Positions 10,631 through 22,508 of a stretch of DNA of 64,000 nt are shown piece by piece (position 1 is the first letter of the stretch; every line of letters starts with the position of its first letter). The notes under the pieces were generated by a model. It had not been told where the DNA came from and ran no database searches. It saw only the letters and a program-made list of their open reading frames with translations. A program made the translations under genes and the position numbers. The stretch comes from Basidiobolus meristosporus CBS 931.73 (lineage: Eukaryota > Fungi > Basidiobolomycota), in NCBI GenBank assembly GCA_002104905.1, contig MCFE01000335.1, positions 1 through 64,000 on the forward strand, given 5' to 3'.

Positions 10631-12003
10631 TCACGAAGTCTCCTCCAACTGCTCAGGACGGAGTGGAAACAGCTGGTCCCTCATCATGGGCCACACCGTC
10701 AGGGAGACAATGGTCGTCAATTGCGGGGCTTGTCCTAGCATTGAGTGGCTTGGTTGCATGTTGGATTCTTTGACAATCTGGTTCAGCCGTTCACGCAGGC
10801 CTGGCAGGTTAGGATTGGACTCCACTGAGAAGCTGCCAGAGGGTTAGGTTTGGTCAGTAAGGTGGGGGCTTCCTTGGCAACTGTAAATGGCTTACTCATC
10901 GATCTTTTCCCCCCGTGCTTCAATGCATAAATCCACCACGAATCCTTGATGACGCGTGCTGAAACGAAGAGCGGAAACGCCGAGGGTGGAATCCTCCTTG
11001 ACCGTCAATCTACAGTTGAATCCAACACTATCGGGAGACGCTATCAACCAAATGGTCGGTTAACCTTAACCCTGATCCCTGAAGCTCTGGTCTGTATCTT
11101 ACGTGGAAAAGTCTCGGTTGCAGGATGAGCTCAGCTGCATCAGCTCGAGATACCAGAGAGTCAAAAGTTGCGATTGGGAATCGAGGGGAAGTCCCTTCAA
11201 CCTCTTGTAATGCTCGGCCGAGTTCTCTTGAAACCAACACGTCAATCAAGGGTCCCACCATGTGTAATTTACGTAATTTACCCGGGAGGAAAAAATAGTC
11301 GGTTTCCATTTGGGAGAAGGCTCTACCCCATGCAACCTCGTCTCGCACACTCTCCAGCTCTTCGCACTCTTCTTCCAAGGCGAGGGTGTCAAGCCACAGT
11401 TTCCCTAGCTCCGAAACTCTACACCAACCAAAGAGACCAGTCAAAAAGTGTACTTCGGGGGGGGCGGGCATTGTTTCCGTTTCAACAAATCCAACTTACG
11501 TTGGGTCGTCTCTGTCCTCCAGGGAGGCAAAGGCGGCCGACTTTTCGGACCCTATTTTCAACAAGTCAAGTTCGATCTCCTCGTTGACAAGGATCCGCCG
11601 TAAATTTAGCTACAGGTTGGGGAGGGAAGATAACGAGTGAATCTCAGGCGAACCGGGTGTCGAGGCTGGTCCAAACTTACTTCGTGGTGTTGATCCAGCA
11701 AGTGCTTAGTTTCTTTTCGAAGCTCAAGTAGTAGATTTTGTAACTCGTGCGCGGATTCCCGTCCCCTTTCCAAACTCTCCAATAAACTATCTAGAGGGAA
11801 GTCTGATCAGTGCTGCTCCACCCACTCAACCAGATGTTCCGCTTCTACCTGAGGTCTGCTCATGTTGGGTGATGTGTTCCAGGGTGGTTCGTAGGGACTC
11901 CACCTTGGAGAAGGAATTTTCCTTCAAAGCCGCAAGTGAGGTCATAGATGATCCTTGTTTACTCCGGCGGTAAATGAAGAATCCCAACCAATTTCTTACT
12001 CAT
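10631..12003 (-). CDS. 7-intron gene encoding a ~301-aa protein with an N-terminal coiled coil; function unknown
   Basis: GT-AG introns at 11999-11954, 11848-11791, 11680-11610, 11499-11419, 11281-11227, 11102-11010, 10895-10833; splicing gives a 906-nt open frame. First 4-nt exon is uncertain; alternative start at 11945. Confidence 0.8.
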
Positions 12004-12443
12004 CCCGGGATCACGAGATAAAAATAGATTTCAAGCCCAGTCCTCACTGAATCTAAGATTGTTCAGGCTACGCTGGGTTTCACGAGGCAGTACCTAATTT
12101 ATTAATCAATCCACCGCAGGGAATCCCATTTTCTTGACAATTCCCTGTATTACGCTGCTCTCTGCGGATCCATCCATTTCCCACCACCAATCAGGCCCCG
12201 GCGGAAAAATCAGGTGCGGAGTCAAGTGAGCGCTTTTAGGTTAGATCTGAAACGGCCATAGGTCATAGATAAGGTTAAAGTTATCGAACAGACGCGGTGA
12301 GGAAGTGAGTGCGCATAGCCTAATCAAGTGATGGAGATGACATGAATCCAGTGCCAAGCTTTAGCCAAAGACATCCCCCTTCCCTCGGAAATTGGCCAGT
12401 CTATAAAATCCCCCCGATCCCCCCATGTTGCCCCTCAACCAAC

Positions 12444-12830
12444 ATGGTCTACAATCCCTCGAAATCATTCAAGAAGCGATCAGCCTTCGACTTCTCGTTG
12501 GATCCGATGTACGAGGTCCCGAATTACAAGAGCATCGGCTCCCCAAGGATCACCACCGACAACTTCCACTCCCTGTACATCAATAGCTACTTCGACAACA
12601 AACCCACCAGCATCATCCTCACCCAAGAGAAGCCCCAGACTGTGAAGCCTTCAACCAAGGTTTCCTATAATATGGAGGACAGCTGGAGGACATGCCAGAT
12701 GTCGGCCAAGTTTTCTCTACCCAAGCCCAAGCCACAGATCAGAAGCAGCAAACCCGCTGACCGTCGACCACTAAACAACTCCTCCGTTTTGCAACGCTTC
12801 ATAAGGAAGCTTCGGCTATGCTGCCACTAA
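12444..12830 (+). CDS. Small hypothetical basic protein (~128 aa) ending RKLRLCCH
   Basis: TATAAAA at 12402 and AACATG start; no recognisable domain. Confidence 0.5.
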   Translation: MVYNPSKSFKKRSAFDFSLDPMYEVPNYKSIGSPRITTDNFHSLYINSYFDNKPTSIILTQEKPQTVKPSTKVSYNMEDSWRTCQMSAKFSLPKPKPQIRSSKPADRRPLNNSSVLQRFIRKLRLCCH

Positions 12831-15269
12831 CCACTTCCGACCCCGACCCTGACCCAGCTTCCAACCTCATCCTGACCCCTCCGTATAAATATAACCTTGC
12901 TAATCTTGTAAATTTCTGACCAAAGGTCATTGTAACAATAAAGAGATAACCAGCACCCGTAGTGTCCCATGATGTCAGGAGGAAGTCATCGACCCTGACC
13001 AAAGCCCGCAACCAATCCCCCCTCGGAAGCTTCCACGAAGGTTGATCACCTCACGAACAGGTGAATCAACCATCAACAAACCACCCCCCTCGTCCAACCC
13101 AACCCCCTACCACTCAGCATCTCCTACCTTGTCTCGTTCCCGATCTAGAAAGCACCGCGGTCGGTGGGGTTTGGCGGGCAGTGAGACAATGCATGATCAC
13201 CCCTTGGATATGGATTGTTCCAGGTGGGTCCTTGGATAGTTCCGGTGGAATGGGTGTTACCAAACAAAGATTAAGGTTGAGGAAACATTCATTCTAGGTG
13301 GTGGATCTGAGATGACCGATTCACGCCCATCCCAAATTGGTCCAGGGTTAGGGTTGGACCGAAGCTTTGGCTGGATCAAGCATGGTTTGTTTGGTCTGGC
13401 CTGGCCTGTATGGATGGATAAGGACCAGTGATCCGTGACGTTCGGTCGACAGGTTGGTGCATTGATCTGGCTTGGTGTGGTTGCTTTTGGCTTCTTGGAT
13501 GATCCTTCCTATGCAGTACGGATTGCTGGTAAACGAAGTGGAGGCTCATTTAGCCGCGACCGGTCCTTCCCATCCGCCCAGTGCTCCCAGGAATTGGGGG
13601 GGGGTGGTGGTATGCTTAGGGGTACACAAACAAACGATACGCGTCTCGACCAGGGATGTATTGCCTCGATCTGGCGTGTTGTTGTCCATGGCCCTTTGTA
13701 CACGGCTTCGAGGCGTCCCATTGGTTGGATTCCCCACTTGTCAACATGCGGGCTCCCCTCCCCACTGCTTGGCATTGGAGTGACATCTAGAGCAGCTGGA
13801 GAGACCTAACTATAGCCCAAAACCCGAGCGGCGAGCCCATTTTTACTCGAGTTAGGCTTGGTACTCCACCCAAGCCTACGCTGAAGGGAAGTTCAGGGAG
13901 GTTGGCTTCGGTCGGGTCCGACCACAGGCTCTTCCGCATCCACATAGCCTAGGTAAAGGCTCGTCTCTTCTGTGCTGATGGTCTCCACACCAAGGCCACC
14001 CAACTGTATATGGTCCGCGGGGTTCGGTGGCGATACGTCTAGGGGTTACGCAACAATCAACCAATGCCACCTCGATCTGCGCCCGAGAGTCCCGCTCGCA
14101 TTGACGCCTCGTTCCTCGATTCGTAGGCCTTGGTGAGCGGGTTTCGTTCTGAAGATGCCGCTTAATAAGTCGACACCGGTTCGTACCACCTTCGCGATCG
14201 CCGGTTAGGGGTTGAGCGGGGACGGGGGACGCTTTCGGCTTACCGCTGTGGAAAGGGGCTCGGGGTGGTTCCGGGCCTGACCTTCCGGGTCGGAACATGC
14301 CATTCTGCGCCCATGGGCTCGCTGCATGAAAGTCGAACCGGGTGGCCGACTGACGAGCGGGTCTTCTAGGCAAACGAAGGTATAGCGGATTCTGCGGCAT
14401 GGCCAAACCAGCAATGGGCCCTGGTGGACTGAACATGGAGACCTGGATATCCATCACGTCTCACCGTTCGAAACCCGGGAGGTGCGAAAGAGGTCCCCAT
14501 CGCGTTTGCCAAGGCCAATACTTCAGGTAGGCCTTCAACGTAACATCCACTTGGTGGCTTACTTCAACCCGCTCCAAACCTGGGGCTTCCCAGGCACCCG
14601 AAGGTATCCTGTGGTATCCGGCCGCTATCGTTCCTCCGTAGGGACATGATTCTTGCTGGAAACTGTGGGCGGCTTGACATGCCCAAAATCACAGTCCTCC
14701 GATATACCATTCGGTTGGTGAATCATTATCATCATCGTCGTCGTCGTCCTTGTCCCAACCCCGGTCTATATCGGAGCGTTCTATACGGATCCGGGAGATG
14801 GGCATTTGAAGCATCAACCATGCGTACCTCCTCAGCCAGGTGCGTGCGTGTGAACCAATCAAGTTGCCCACGAGATGGTTCGAGCATTCCATATGTGGAC
14901 GCGGCAAGGTATCTCAGGTCCTACACAGGATGATGTAGGCTTGTTGAACTGGACTGGGATACCCGCTGGAGGTGTACTTCATGACAAAATCTTGCAAACC
15001 GGAGGGTTTGTATGGTTCACACATGTCGACTGACCACCTGCAAATGAGCCGTTGATATTTCCGATGGTATCCCAAACTCTGCACACACACTCTTGAGTCC
15101 TCTCTTCATCATATTGCATAGGCCTCTTCTGACAGGACAATGTAAATGTACCCCAAGAAAAAAAAACTGCTAAAGCCCCACCACATGCCAGTGTCACATC
15201 AGTTGAGTTACAAGTTTCTATAAACTTACAACTTGCAATATCAAAGGTTCCAGCTCTTGGGCACACAAG

Positions 15270-15760
15270 CAGACATATTTGCCAGGAGGAGACTAGGCCA
15301 AGTAACATTCATGACAAACTTGGTAATAAGCTACTCACCACTTCCACATTCACTTGAATAGAAATTCCAAGGAAAAGCACTGGTGAAATGACAGCAAAAT
15401 ACCATCAGAAGACCAGCGGAATACTGGCAAATTGCCAGAACAAAATGGGTATGAGATTTTCATGGGGGTATGGAGAGTCCTCTCTTGCTCAACAAGCCAT
15501 CAAGATTGGACCATGTAGTCTACTTACTCTTCTGTTTTCTTCCAATAGCTGCAAAGCTCTTGAAGATATCAGGACCGCAGTTGACTGGCATCCAACTCCT
15601 CATTGAGCAACACAAACTAATCAAACAGTCCAATAGGGAGACCTGGAGCCTACAGCGCCAAAGAGATCACTACAGGCAGAGTGAATGCAAGACACCTACC
15701 AGTACAGTGATGCATGTAGACCAGCATAAACTTGGAGTCCTAGGATCACAATGAGCTAAG
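15270..15760 (+). mobile_element. Degenerate retrotransposon gag-like fragment; related copy at ~22190-22508
   Basis: Shared GCAGGAGGAGACTAGG...TTGGTAAT sequence in both places; weak gag-like translation. Confidence 0.4.
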
Positions 15761-17134
15761 GTAATAATCAATTGAATAGTATATCAAGCTTGAATGGTGA
15801 TTACCCAACTAATAGGCAGTAGACATAGGAGTACTGCTGTATTTTGCAGGAAAAGGGTGAGAACAATATAGTCAGAGAATTGGAGATATTGAAGGTGACT
15901 GGGAGGACAAGTAGATCATGTGGTTTTTACTTGATGAACTATTGAATATAAAGGAAGTGTTGACACTTTTACATGATCTTGGCAAAAAAGCACATGGAGT
16001 ATGCTCAGGAAGGTCTTAAGAGTATTTGTACAAAGCATGCGGCTGTTTGGATAACTTTTCCAATCTTGATGCTGCAGGTACCTGATGCTATGGTGAAAAT
16101 ATTCCAAGTAGAACCTAACAAGCAATTGGTCAGTATTCACTAAGATTTGTGGGTAATGATGTGAGTGACTAAGCTAGGTGACTATTTAGGAGGAATTACA
16201 AGCTTCTACAACACCCCACACAACTAAATACTCTCATGCACCAATCCTATTGTGGACCAAGATGTTTAGATATATCTCTAGCTGATAGTTTGGTAAGAAT
16301 ACCTGCAATCATTATGTCTGTGGGACAGTAAGCTAAGTTAGCCATGCTACTTTCTATTGCTTCAACTATGAGAAGTTGCCTAACATAGATGTGCTAAGGT
16401 CTAGTATGAAAAGCTGGATTCATACATTGCTGTATACATCCATGATTATCTTGAAATAATTTAGTAAAAGCTTTTTGACATATGCCCAAGTCTTTAAAAG
16501 CATTCTGTACCCCATAGTTTCTTTTGTAGCTTCACAGGCTGTCAAATACTCTATCTTTGTGGTGGAAAGTGCTACAGTTGGTTGCTCCTATGAGTTCCAT
16601 TAAATTGCTCCTTTAGAGTCATGAAAGATGCATCCTGTGTTGCATCTTCTGTTGTCTGAGTTTTGTCCCTAATCAGCTTCAGAGCATCCAACAGGATCCT
16701 GCTCTGAGTCCTTATAGCTGCTTTTTTATGCAGATATCAGCAGCTCCTTTTAATTATCTAAAAAAATGCTTAACTGCTGTAATATGCCCAGATCCATAGT
16801 TTGATTATGCTGACTGACATCTCCCACTGTATATGAGAAATCTGGATATGTTTCAAGCATGATATACATTAGAATGACAATTGTTGCATGGTAAGGGAAG
16901 TCTAGGCTTTCAGAGGGCACTAAGCACTCTTGGTTTAGTTGAGTTTTGACCAGGTTAAGTTTTGTCTCCATTGGGGTAGTAGCTAGTTTACAGTCTTTCA
17001 TTTGGTACAGCTAAAGTCCATCTTGAATATATTTAGACTGGCTTAGGGTAATTATCTGAGTACCTCTGTCAATGGAGAGCATTATCCCTATGTAGTAACT
17101 CATCTTTCCCAGACTTAGCATTTTGAACTTTGTA
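15760..17134 (-). mobile_element. Ty1/copia 3-prime fragment: RT end, RNase H and probable 3-prime LTR
   Basis: MKDCKLATTPMET...FPYHATIVILMY RT motif; YCPTDIMIAGILTK RNase H end; purine-rich tract then TGTTGTAG near 16210. Confidence 0.75.
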
Positions 17135-20100
17135 CCCTGTGAAAAATAACATAGTTCTGCAGGTGGATCTGATCCAGATCTGCAATCAGGATCCTACAAC
17201 AAGGCCTTCATAATGCCTGCAGCTTAGAGCTATTTACTCCCTATACAATCTGAGAGTAGGATCACAAAGGTGATTTGCTGGGTTTACTACCAAATAAAGT
17301 TAAAATCCTGACAGTATTAGAAAAATATTTTGACATGAATTGCATGGCATTCTGATGGCCCTAATGTGGTCCACATTGCTCTGAGTGAGCCTAACTGGCA
17401 AACACATCTAACTGCCTTTTATGGCAAAAAACTTGACAGTGTTTTGATGGCCTCTTTGCTAACCTCTGTTGGGATAATAAAGGCAGTACAGCAGCCTAAA
17501 GCTAGTTCTGCATAATGCTACCATGCCAATTTACTAAATGGTATTTCCTTTTCTACCTCCTCTTGCGCTCTTCATATACTCTGCTGTAGATCACCCCTCC
17601 TTATTTGCTTACCCACCACTACTAGGGGTATTCCACATTTAGTTTGAATAAAAAAACAATGGCCTCTTGCTTCATAACCACTACATATGCATGCACTGAC
17701 TGCAATTGGTACACTTCTATTACCTTAACTTTCTGGTTTCTCAGTGTGGCACTTGCAAAGGTGCCTCATACTTTGTATCACTGGTAATGTATACATCTTG
17801 TAAATATATGCTTGGTTACCACCACTTTTGCCATGAATACTTCCTGAATGTCTGTAAAGAACTTTTTGGTACCTGGACCAAATATACCTTCTCCCTGCTG
17901 GATTCTAGTTCCCCTAATGGGTGTGCTCTGGGTCTGGTTTGTGTAAATTCTATATTGAATGATGTAAAAGTTGGCTTGTAGCCAGGAGAAACCCAGCATA
18001 CTTTGGTAAGATTATCCTAATCAAGTTAGTGGCTTGTTTTGTCCAACCCAACCTTGCATTACTTAACCAACTTCCCACTCATTGGGGGTACTTAGCTTCT
18101 CAACGGCAAAGGTGTATTTGTTTTCATGTTCACACCTGTCCTTGGTATTTTCCAACCCTTCCTGGCTGTCCTCTTTGCACTAAATTATAACATCTATGAC
18201 AAATTGAATGTTACATTCTCAATGAAATTGGGATTTGTTAGTACCTGCAACTTGACTTGTCTTCTTATCTCCCCACACACCTACTCCATAGGAAACTGCC
18301 TAAAGGTGAGGCAAGGCCCAATATTCTCCACATGATCAGCAAGATAAAGTACAGAGTGGATACAGTAGCAGCAGAAATCTACATGCTCAGCTTTATGCTG
18401 GTGGTATTGCTGCTCAGATCCAGTCACAAACTTCTTGCATAAAAGTTGTAGTTATGCCAAATTGGCATTGGTGATCTGCTTCTGGATTGATATTCCTACA
18501 ATGTCAGCACATGATTCCCAATGCTTCCAGTATGCTATTGGCAGAAATGGCCTCAGAAGGCCACTTGAATAAACATGTATCCAGTGCATCCAGTCCTTGC
18601 ATTGATATTGCTACATATGTGTATGAATATGGATTGGAGCTGGAGAGAAATACTTTGGATTGCAGATACTCTGTAATATCCTGCCAATTCTTTCAAATTT
18701 CTCCGGTATCTTGAGTGGCTTATTTAGCTAGATATGCCCCATGTACAACTTAGTCACCAGTGTAGGGATATTGATGAAGTGCCAATGCATTGCACCCAGT
18801 GGAAAGCTTTTGCTCCAACAGATTTAATCTATCTTAGGGATCATCAGCTTATAAATAATACCATATTCTGACCAATGAATTATAACTTACCAACTTTGCT
18901 GCAGTTGTATGCTGCCTTCTATATATTCTGTTAGTGGAATGATGATGTTCTTAGTGCCAGCTTGGATAATAAATATGTGTGTGAGTTATGGACTAAATCC
19001 CCTGTATCTCACTCAGTCAACAGCAAAACCATTCATTGTTCCCATAAATGCCAGCTATCATGCTGATGGCTAGGTATCACAAATACAGATAATAATAGAT
19101 ACTTTGCCATGACAGGTATTTACTAATATCATGCTTGAAAGCATACAAAATTCATCTGGTAGTGGATGCTGGTGGCCATCCAGGTTGGATGGTGATTTAG
19201 GCCCAGATACCAGTGAGACTACTATTAGAGTTCTGCACTGATACTGCAAGATTGGCGGCAAATTCTGGTTAGTGAGAATCAGTAGCCTGCAGGATTTGCA
19301 TATGGAGTACTTACATAGTGATGATCCATCAAGTGCCAAGGCAAAGGCATGGTTATACATACCTTTGAAATAGACCTTGCTTCATAGTAGTTGTAATCTT
19401 AGGGTTAGCAAAAGCTTGCTAGGAATACTTGGGTTCTGTATCTAATCTAATGTGAAGGGGAACAAAGCCACAAGCTTGTCAAGGGAAAACTATTGAGCTA
19501 CAATCCCCAACTTAGCTGGCATCTTAACAAAAGTATGTGCTGGGCTCAGCGTCCTTTGAGATGACAATGTACTAAAGCTTCCAAAGTCAAAACAACTGTA
19601 AACTCCACCAGCAGGGACTTGATAGGAATGCAGCTGTGGTCAATAGTTACAAAGACAGAAAAGTATCTTTGCCTGTACAAGAACAAACTTGGGAAAGAAT
19701 CAAATATAATAAAAGATACCTACTCTGAGTATTCCTCACAAGTAGTGCCTCCAAGGTCAGTTGGCTGTCAGCGTGGTTTCCTGGGAGTGTCCTGTAGTCT
19801 GGGGTTGGAAGTTCAGGTAGCAGCAGGTAGCAGTGCTCACACTAATCAACAAGTTGGTATATTGATAGAAGGGATGATGATTTATTGTTGAGGGATAGCC
19901 TCCCTTATATACCTTTCTTACTGGCTAAGTGATTACTAATCATGGTGTTCCAGAAGGTTCTGGATATCAATAGAAATCTTAATGACATCAGAATGACCTA
20001 AGAATGTTCTAAGTTGGTGCCAGAAGGTTCTAAGAGGCATAGCACATCCAACCAATCATGAATCAGTATTCTGAAGCCTGTGTAACATAGGAACACCATA

Positions 20101-22150
20101 TATGGTATGCAAATGGTAGGGATGGTGACATGGGTTGAACATGTGTGACGGGTACTGGCATGGGTACTTGCCTAATATAGAAGAACTTATAGCTAGTAAT
20201 CTTACATAAAGTGAGGGGTAACTTATGCAATAAAGTAAGCAGGTGTGATAGTCAACCGGCTTATGGGATAGTACTGATTGGGTAAGATCAATGGGATAAA
20301 ACTAAAATCAATGTAGTAGAGATACAGGGAAGTAGAAAATAAGGGAATGAGCATATCTGTCAGTGGGTGTCACTGTCACCCCACTACAGCGCACCCAGCA
20401 ATGGTAGCAAGACTGAACAGAATATCAATATTATAGCACATTTTTGTTAATACTCATGCAAGGTTGAAACATTCCTGTATTTGAAATATTGCACCAAGAT
20501 GAGTGTAAGAACCAATGATGACCCACCACTGTAAGCATTATAAACAAAGTTGTGCACCACGTACCCAGATGAATGTAACAGTATTTCCCCTTTGGTTTGA
20601 CTAAATTCTAAAAATAAGCAGCCAAAAATAAAGCAAAGATGCTTGATTCCCATCCAAATCCCACTACTGACAGCAGCAGAAGAATGCTTAGACAACAGCT
20701 TGCTTTGAAATTCAGTGCAACAAGTGGGCTTCATCCACAAAAGGCCCTGTTGACAGTGCACCCACTAATGGTAATAATGCAAACTCCTCAGGCTCTTGGT
20801 CAAGTAGGCAACTGCAAATGTCTGCAGCACTGCAAGCAGACCATGATGCTCAGGTATATGAGAATAGAGCAAATGCAGTACCTCTGATGGATAACCAGCA
20901 AATGGCTGTCACAACTTCACCACCACCAGTATCAGCAAGTATATTGCCAGCTCATACAAAAGCACTAATGAGGCAAATTAGTGCAGTGACAAATAGGATG
21001 GATGCATTGGCCCAGAAGAATCAGCAAGTTGTCCAGAAACAGGATGAGCAGCATGGAAACTGTTCTATGAGCATTATTCTGGACTCAAAAAAGCAAATGG
21101 ATCTTGGACTGGCATTGGCATAATGAGCAGGTATCTCAAGAATAGCAGAAACAATTAAAGGCAGGAATATCCGGGTGCCATAGTCAAAGACAAGCAGCTT
21201 CCTCAGGACCCAGTTACATGCGGACCAAAAGCTATAAACAAGTGGCAAAGAAGCATCAAGTAGCCACAAGAGTACTAGTAAGTAGCAAGCAGGCAGAAAA
21301 AGATGAACCAGTCCTACATGTAACAAAGAGAATGGGTAGGTGCATTGAATAAGCACTCATTCAAGGTATCAGTGAAGTAGATGAAAGTAATAAGCAATAG
21401 CAGCTTCCTCAGGAATGTGCCATAACAAGGGCTGAAAGCTCAAAACATGCAGCAAATAAGTGTTAGGTTGCCAGCAGAGTGCTGGTGAGGGACAAGCAGG
21501 AAGAAATGGATGCATCAGTGCAGCACCTATCATGGAGAAAGCATAGTACGATACAAGAAGCACTCTGGCAAAGTAGCAGCAAAGAACTGGCAGTGACAAA
21601 GGAGAAGTAAAGGGAAAGAAGTCTACCTAAGATGGAGACAGGGAAGCAAGGGAAAAAGCTGTAGCACTCACCAGTTAATGTCATAAGCCTGGAATAGGCT
21701 GAATCCCATGTTAGCCAAGAACAATTACAAAAAAGACAACAGCAGTTTTCCTAACAGTTGGAAATGCTGCCAGTTGGGCTACACTCCCATGAGGCAGACA
21801 ATTTTGCAGCAAAAGGAGGTTTGTCTACCACAGCCTCCACATTGCAGTTGGGTCATAGCAAAATGTATCTCCCCCTTAGACTTGTACATTACCACAATGT
21901 CCTCCATTGTAAACAGAGTGGAGATCACGCCAACAGAAATGCAACATATCAAGAACTTCAATGACTATCCCCATACCTATAGTGGAGTTCCTGGGACAAT
22001 AACAGGCACAGCCAAAGATTGCAGCTCCTCTTCACAAGGGTGCAATACCAGTGCAGTCAGCAACATCAAACATTTAAAAAGAACGCTTGCAATCGCAATC
22101 CCAGTACCATTAAGAAAAAAAATTAAGAGAAGGCCATCAAAATATCATTA
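17135..22150 (-). mobile_element. CACTA/EnSpm copy, internally deleted: left end, transposase relic (-), ORF2 relic (+)
   Basis: Left end CCCTGTGAAAAATAA at 17135; Transposase_21-like KSCRLLILTNQNLPPILQY...SGPKSPSNLD; ORF2 relic at 20620-22150. Confidence 0.75.
19400..20388. mobile_element. LTR-like insertion related to 37361-38165; boundaries approximate
   Basis: Shares AAGTGATTACTAAT, GAAGGTTCTAA, CAACCAATCA.GAATCAGTA and ACCATATATGGTAT blocks. Confidence 0.55.
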
Positions 22151-22508
22151 TAAGATCTGCTGAATCCAAGTTTTTCAAAATTGGCAACTCTCAACATCTC
22201 TGTTGTTAGCTGATGGCCAAGCAAGCAAAAGAATTCTGCAGGAGGAGACTAGGTCAACAAACATCCATTCTAAATTTGGTAATTAGCTGCCCATTACTTC
22301 CATCAAAAATTACATTAACATTTAAACCAAAAACATCAGCTGAATACTAGCAAAACACCATGATAATACCAGCCAAATTCTAGCTCAAAGTCAGATGAAT
22401 GCCAGGTTTGAGATATTTCATAGGGGATTGACACTACCACACACTCAGAAATGGTTAAACCAATAAACAATGATATTCCATTAATTATCAAAGACAATCC
22501 TTGACAAT

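Noticed and set aside
13876-14457. 193-aa ORF as a standalone gene
   Set aside because: Pro/Arg-rich translation typical of an off-frame GC-rich stretch; non-ATG start and no domain.
22415-22426. TTTCATAGGGG as a CACTA right end
   Set aside because: Lies within the gag-like repeat and aligns with TTTCATGGGGG near 15455; coincidental.
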